Virus record (IMG/VR): IMGVR_UViG_2740892214_000001
Strand: one strand, 5' to 3'
Length of the DNA stretch: 20,518 bases
Origin: a virus
Lineage: Duplodnaviria > Heunggongvirae > Uroviricota > Caudoviricetes
The position numbers and the translations under genes are program-made. Positions 17,743 to 20,518 of this stretch are shown one piece after another; within the stretch, counting starts at the first letter, position 1; each line of letters opens with the position of its first letter. Below the pieces are notes generated by a model. It was not told the DNA's origin. It ran no database searches and was given only the letters and a program-made list of their open reading frames with translations.

Positions 17743-18078
17743 TTACTCCTTAGAGCCACCAAACTTGTTACCGATTACTCGCATTGCAGCCCCACGAATA
17801 GCATCGACACCGATCAGCCCCACGCCGCCACCAATGGCAACAGAAAGTGATTTAGGCCATCCGACATACTCAAGAGCGGATGCAAAGGTCAGCGTCAGAG
17901 CGCCACAGAGCAAAATCTCGAGCGTTTTTCGCTTCCAGCCACCACCACCGCCAAAATAGGCGATGCGCAAACCAGCCATAACGATCGACATAATCACTGC
18001 ACCCAGCGGCGTGTCTCCACGCCACCAGCTCTGAAACAACTCCAGCCAGTCCGGCCAGGTATTTGGGTTATGAGGCAT
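17743..18078 (-). CDS. Class I holin, 3 predicted TMDs (not lambda S-like in sequence)
   Basis: Start trimmed to ATG 18076..18078 (MPHNPNTW...) because the track ORF N-terminal extension contains the terminator hairpin. Three hydrophobic segments; immediately upstream of R with a 3-nt gap. Confidence 0.6.
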   Translation of the reverse strand: MPHNPNTWPDWLELFQSWWRGDTPLGAVIMSIVMAGLRIAYFGGGGGWKRKTLEILLCGALTLTFASALEYVGWPKSLSVAIGGGVGLIGVDAIRGAAMRVIGNKFGGSKE

Positions 18079-18121
18079 TTCGTCATCTCTCACCTCGCGA
18101 TATTTGCGGGTGCAGTGTTGG

Positions 18122-18147
18122 AAATAAAAAGGCCACGCAACGTGGCC
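18122..18147 (-). terminator. Intrinsic terminator between the methyltransferase and the holin (minus strand); possible tR'-like element
   Basis: Perfect 7-bp stem GGCCACG-UUG-CGUGGCC followed on the minus strand by UUUUUAUUU; begins 8 nt after the methyltransferase stop. Confidence 0.6.
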
Positions 18148-18154
18148 ACCAGAA

Positions 18155-19207
18155 TTATTTCCCCACCAGTTCACTTACCTCTTTCACCGTCTGATTAAAC
18201 CGCTCTGACTCAAGTTCAACACCTAACGCCCGACGCCCCAGCGCCATTGCTGCTTTTATTGTGGAACCGGATCCCATAAAGAAATCAGCAACCAGATCAC
18301 CAGGGCGACTACTGGCATTGATTATTTGCCGGAGCATATCCGCCGGTTTCTCGCACGGATGTTTACCCGGGTAGAACTGAACGGGTTTATGCGTCCAGAC
18401 ATCGGTATAAGGCACGGAGACTGATACGGAGAAATAGCGCCGGAGAGATTTAAACTCATCCAGCAATTCAGAATATTTGCGATTCAGTGAATCATAAGAT
18501 GCCACCAGCTGGTGGTGTGGTTGTTCCAGTTGTTGTTCCTGAAACTTCTCTGCCGCTATACGGGAAAACAGTGCCTGTAACTTCCGATAGTCAGCCTCAT
18601 TCGGCAACTGCCACTGACTGGCACCAAACCAGTGGGAAACCATATTTTTCTTACCTGTGGCTTCGGCAATTTGTTTTGCCGTTATACCCAGTTCGGCACG
18701 AGCATCCCTGAAATACGATATCAGCGGTGCCATTATGTGCTGTTTGAGTTCCCTTTCTTTTGCTGCATAGCCGTCACTTTTGCCGCGATATGGCCCCTGG
18801 TAATGTTCAGCAAACAGAACGCGCTCTGTGGCAGGAAAATATGCGCGCAGACTTTCTTTATTACACCCATTCCAACGTCCGGACGGCTTCGCCCAGATGA
18901 TATGGTTAAGCACGTTGAAACGTTCACGCATCATGATCTCAATATCAGATGCCAGGCGATGCCCACAGAACAGATAAAGGCTTCCGGCAGGTTTTAACAC
19001 CCGCCAGAACTGGGCCAGACAGTGGTCCAGCCACTTAAGGTAATCTTCGTCCCCTTTCCACTGATTGTCCCAACCGTTGGGTTTCACCTTGAAGTACGGC
19101 GGATCGGTAACAATCAGGTCAATGGAATCATCAGGCAGGGACTGAATAAAATGCAGGCAATCAGCGTTGATTAAATCAACACTGTTTATTTTTACAGTAT
19201 TTTTCAT
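18155..19207 (-). CDS. DNA amino-methyltransferase, beta-class (N6-adenine or N4-cytosine), orphan
   Basis: 350 aa; DPPY motif (IVTDPPYF) near the N-terminus and AdoMet-binding FxGxG (DFFMGSGST) near the C-terminus; no adjacent endonuclease-like ORF; weak SD. Confidence 0.85.
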   Translation of the reverse strand: MKNTVKINSVDLINADCLHFIQSLPDDSIDLIVTDPPYFKVKPNGWDNQWKGDEDYLKWLDHCLAQFWRVLKPAGSLYLFCGHRLASDIEIMMRERFNVLNHIIWAKPSGRWNGCNKESLRAYFPATERVLFAEHYQGPYRGKSDGYAAKERELKQHIMAPLISYFRDARAELGITAKQIAEATGKKNMVSHWFGASQWQLPNEADYRKLQALFSRIAAEKFQEQQLEQPHHQLVASYDSLNRKYSELLDEFKSLRRYFSVSVSVPYTDVWTHKPVQFYPGKHPCEKPADMLRQIINASSRPGDLVADFFMGSGSTIKAAMALGRRALGVELESERFNQTVKEVSELVGK

Positions 19208-19357
19208 GGATCAGTAAGCGTAACTCTGGTAGGCTCACTCTGCTTTTGCGCTAAAGCAGTGGGCCGTGGTTCGCTTGTGACCAGTAAGCATGAGCGAATG
19301 GCTGGCAGGTGCTACCAACACCCACCAGCCGCCCATTTTCACAGCAGGAAACCGCCA

Positions 19358-19585
19358 TTACTGGCAGCGTCTGAATTTATTCCCGTACCCGCCGTTATCC
19401 TTCGCCAGCCCCGCCAGAACTAACTGAGTCAGTATTAACTGGCACCGGGCTTCGCTTACTCCGGTAGTTCTCGTCATCATGCGTGGCGTTACCCACTTGT
19501 CAGCAGGTAAGAAATGAAGGACTGCGGCGGCGGTTTCTGTCATATCTTGCTGTTTTAGCATGTCTTTTTCCCTTCTGGTTAACAT
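19358..19585 (-). CDS. Small hypothetical protein (67-75 aa) with HTH-like segment; possible DNA-binding regulator
   Basis: Segment TPRMMTRTTGVSEARCQLILTQLVLAGL looks like a helix-turn-helix; start ambiguous (19585, or 19561 with AAGGGA SD); lies upstream of the methyltransferase. Confidence 0.4.
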   Translation of the reverse strand: MLTRREKDMLKQQDMTETAAAVLHFLPADKWVTPRMMTRTTGVSEARCQLILTQLVLAGLAKDNGGYGNKFRRCQ

Positions 19586-19683
19586 GACATACCAATAACT
19601 CTTGTCTAAAAAGCCAGCAAGATAAAAAGTCAGTATTCACGACCACCAGCGTGTTTACTGTACTGCACCAAGTTTACAGGTAC

Positions 19684-19705
19684 AAAAAACCCGCTCAGTG
19701 GCGGG
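19684..19705 (-). terminator. Intrinsic terminator downstream of the 207-aa cargo ORF (minus strand)
   Basis: Minus strand CCCGC-CACUGA-GCGGG followed by UUUUUUGU; about 130 nt after the ORF stop at 19838. Confidence 0.55.
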
Positions 19706-19837
19706 TTTAAGTTGTGTGGCGAAGTAACCACTCTTAACACACTAATAGCATTTTTGTTATAACACAAGTAGCTCATTCAGTATTTTTAGAATCTTGACTT
19801 TCTTAAGCACGGCGAACTCTGAATACCAAACATAAAA

Positions 19838-20461
19838 TCAATTATCTTCCAGGCCGGATGCTATCAACGAAAGCCTCTCAAAAAACGCTGTAGCAGCCTT
19901 GTCCAAAGTTGAATAAGTACTGTATTCTCCGTGTTCGGGACCAACCACTACCCATGGTCGTCTTTTTGGGATTCGGGATTTCTCAGAAATCACTGTTCCA
20001 GATATACCAATATCAATTGTTACACCTGTTATTATTTTCTCTTCATCTCTTTCCCTGAACTCAATTGCCATAAATGCCGTTTTTTTTCGTTTCCCGTTTT
20101 TAAAAAAATCAAATAAAGCAAAGCGATGCTCATTAAAATCAACACCCCATCGTCCTTCAGGATAAAGGGCATGAAAGTTGTCATTTACGCTCTGCATCGT
20201 CTCATAAGCTTTAACTTCTAAATCTCCATAGTGCATAGATACCGCGCAGGAGTTACTGGGTAACTGTATTTTCCCAAGATTGAAAACCTTTACTGCTCCA
20301 GAACTATGGCATCTTGCCCGCAACTTATCCCCATTTATACTAATCGGAGAAATATTCCTTAATGTTCCGGGCTGGCTCCCTCCTAAGTAAACGACTGTTA
20401 AAGATTGCTTATTTTCAATTGCATCAACTAATACATGCTCTACACTGAGAGATCCCCTCAT
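19838..20461 (-). CDS. Hypothetical protein (207 aa), orphan cargo ORF in a low-GC island
   Basis: Uninterrupted 207-codon ORF with GGGG SD-like element 5 nt upstream of the ATG; local G+C clearly lower than the rest of the window (about 38% in a counted 60-nt sample vs roughly 60% in the tape measure gene); no recognisable motif; own downstream terminator. Confidence 0.6.
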   Translation of the reverse strand: MRGSLSVEHVLVDAIENKQSLTVVYLGGSQPGTLRNISPISINGDKLRARCHSSGAVKVFNLGKIQLPSNSCAVSMHYGDLEVKAYETMQSVNDNFHALYPEGRWGVDFNEHRFALFDFFKNGKRKKTAFMAIEFRERDEEKIITGVTIDIGISGTVISEKSRIPKRRPWVVVGPEHGEYSTYSTLDKAATAFFERLSLIASGLEDN

Positions 20462-20518
20462 AATTTCCCCAAAACGTAACCATGTGTGAATAGATTTTGA
20501 GTAAGCAGGGTTGCAGCC

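Noticed and set aside
18487-18997. Plus-strand ORFs 18487..18711 and 18632..18997 and minus-strand 18733..18927
   Set aside because: Inside or antisense to the methyltransferase gene, which has conserved DPPY and FxGxG motifs.
19208-19357. Possible tRNA gene in the spacer upstream of the methyltransferase
   Set aside because: Neither strand has a T-loop-like GTTCRANYC motif or a plausible cloverleaf by inspection; tRNAscan would be needed to exclude one definitively.
19931-20116. Plus-strand 61-aa ORF in the low-GC island
   Set aside because: Antisense to the 207-aa ORF and AT-rich; low-complexity translation.
1-20518. CRISPR arrays, integrase/att sites, IS elements, rRNA
   Set aside because: No direct-repeat/spacer periodicity, recombinase-like ORF or terminal inverted repeats were seen; the window is filled by late phage genes.

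Overview
The whole window is one minus-strand block of late genes from a lambda-like (lambdoid) phage or prophage of an enterobacterial host, probably E. coli. Read in the direction of transcription (high to low coordinates) it contains: a low-GC cargo island with an orphan 207-aa ORF (19838..20461) and its own terminator; a small HTH-like ORF; an orphan beta-class DNA amino-methyltransferase; a terminator hairpin; a lysis cassette (class I holin, R endolysin nearly identical to lambda R, Rz with embedded Rz1); a 127-aa ORF; a candidate cos site (cosN-like sequence about 175 nt upstream of the small terminase gene, as in lambda); small and large terminase (GpA family); a gpW-like protein; portal; a fused ClpP-like prohead protease / HK97-fold major capsid protein; two small head-completion ORFs; then a lambda-type tail module Z-U-V-G/GT-H-M-L-K-I and the 5' end of J, which runs off the window at position 1. 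Lysis and tail genes are close to lambda, while the head module is of a different type, so the element is mosaic. No rRNA, tRNA, CRISPR array, integrase or IS element was found. The best candidate for something undescribed is the low-GC island at the high-coordinate end, but its function cannot be assigned from sequence alone. All homology statements are from recall of lambda protein sequences, not from a database search.
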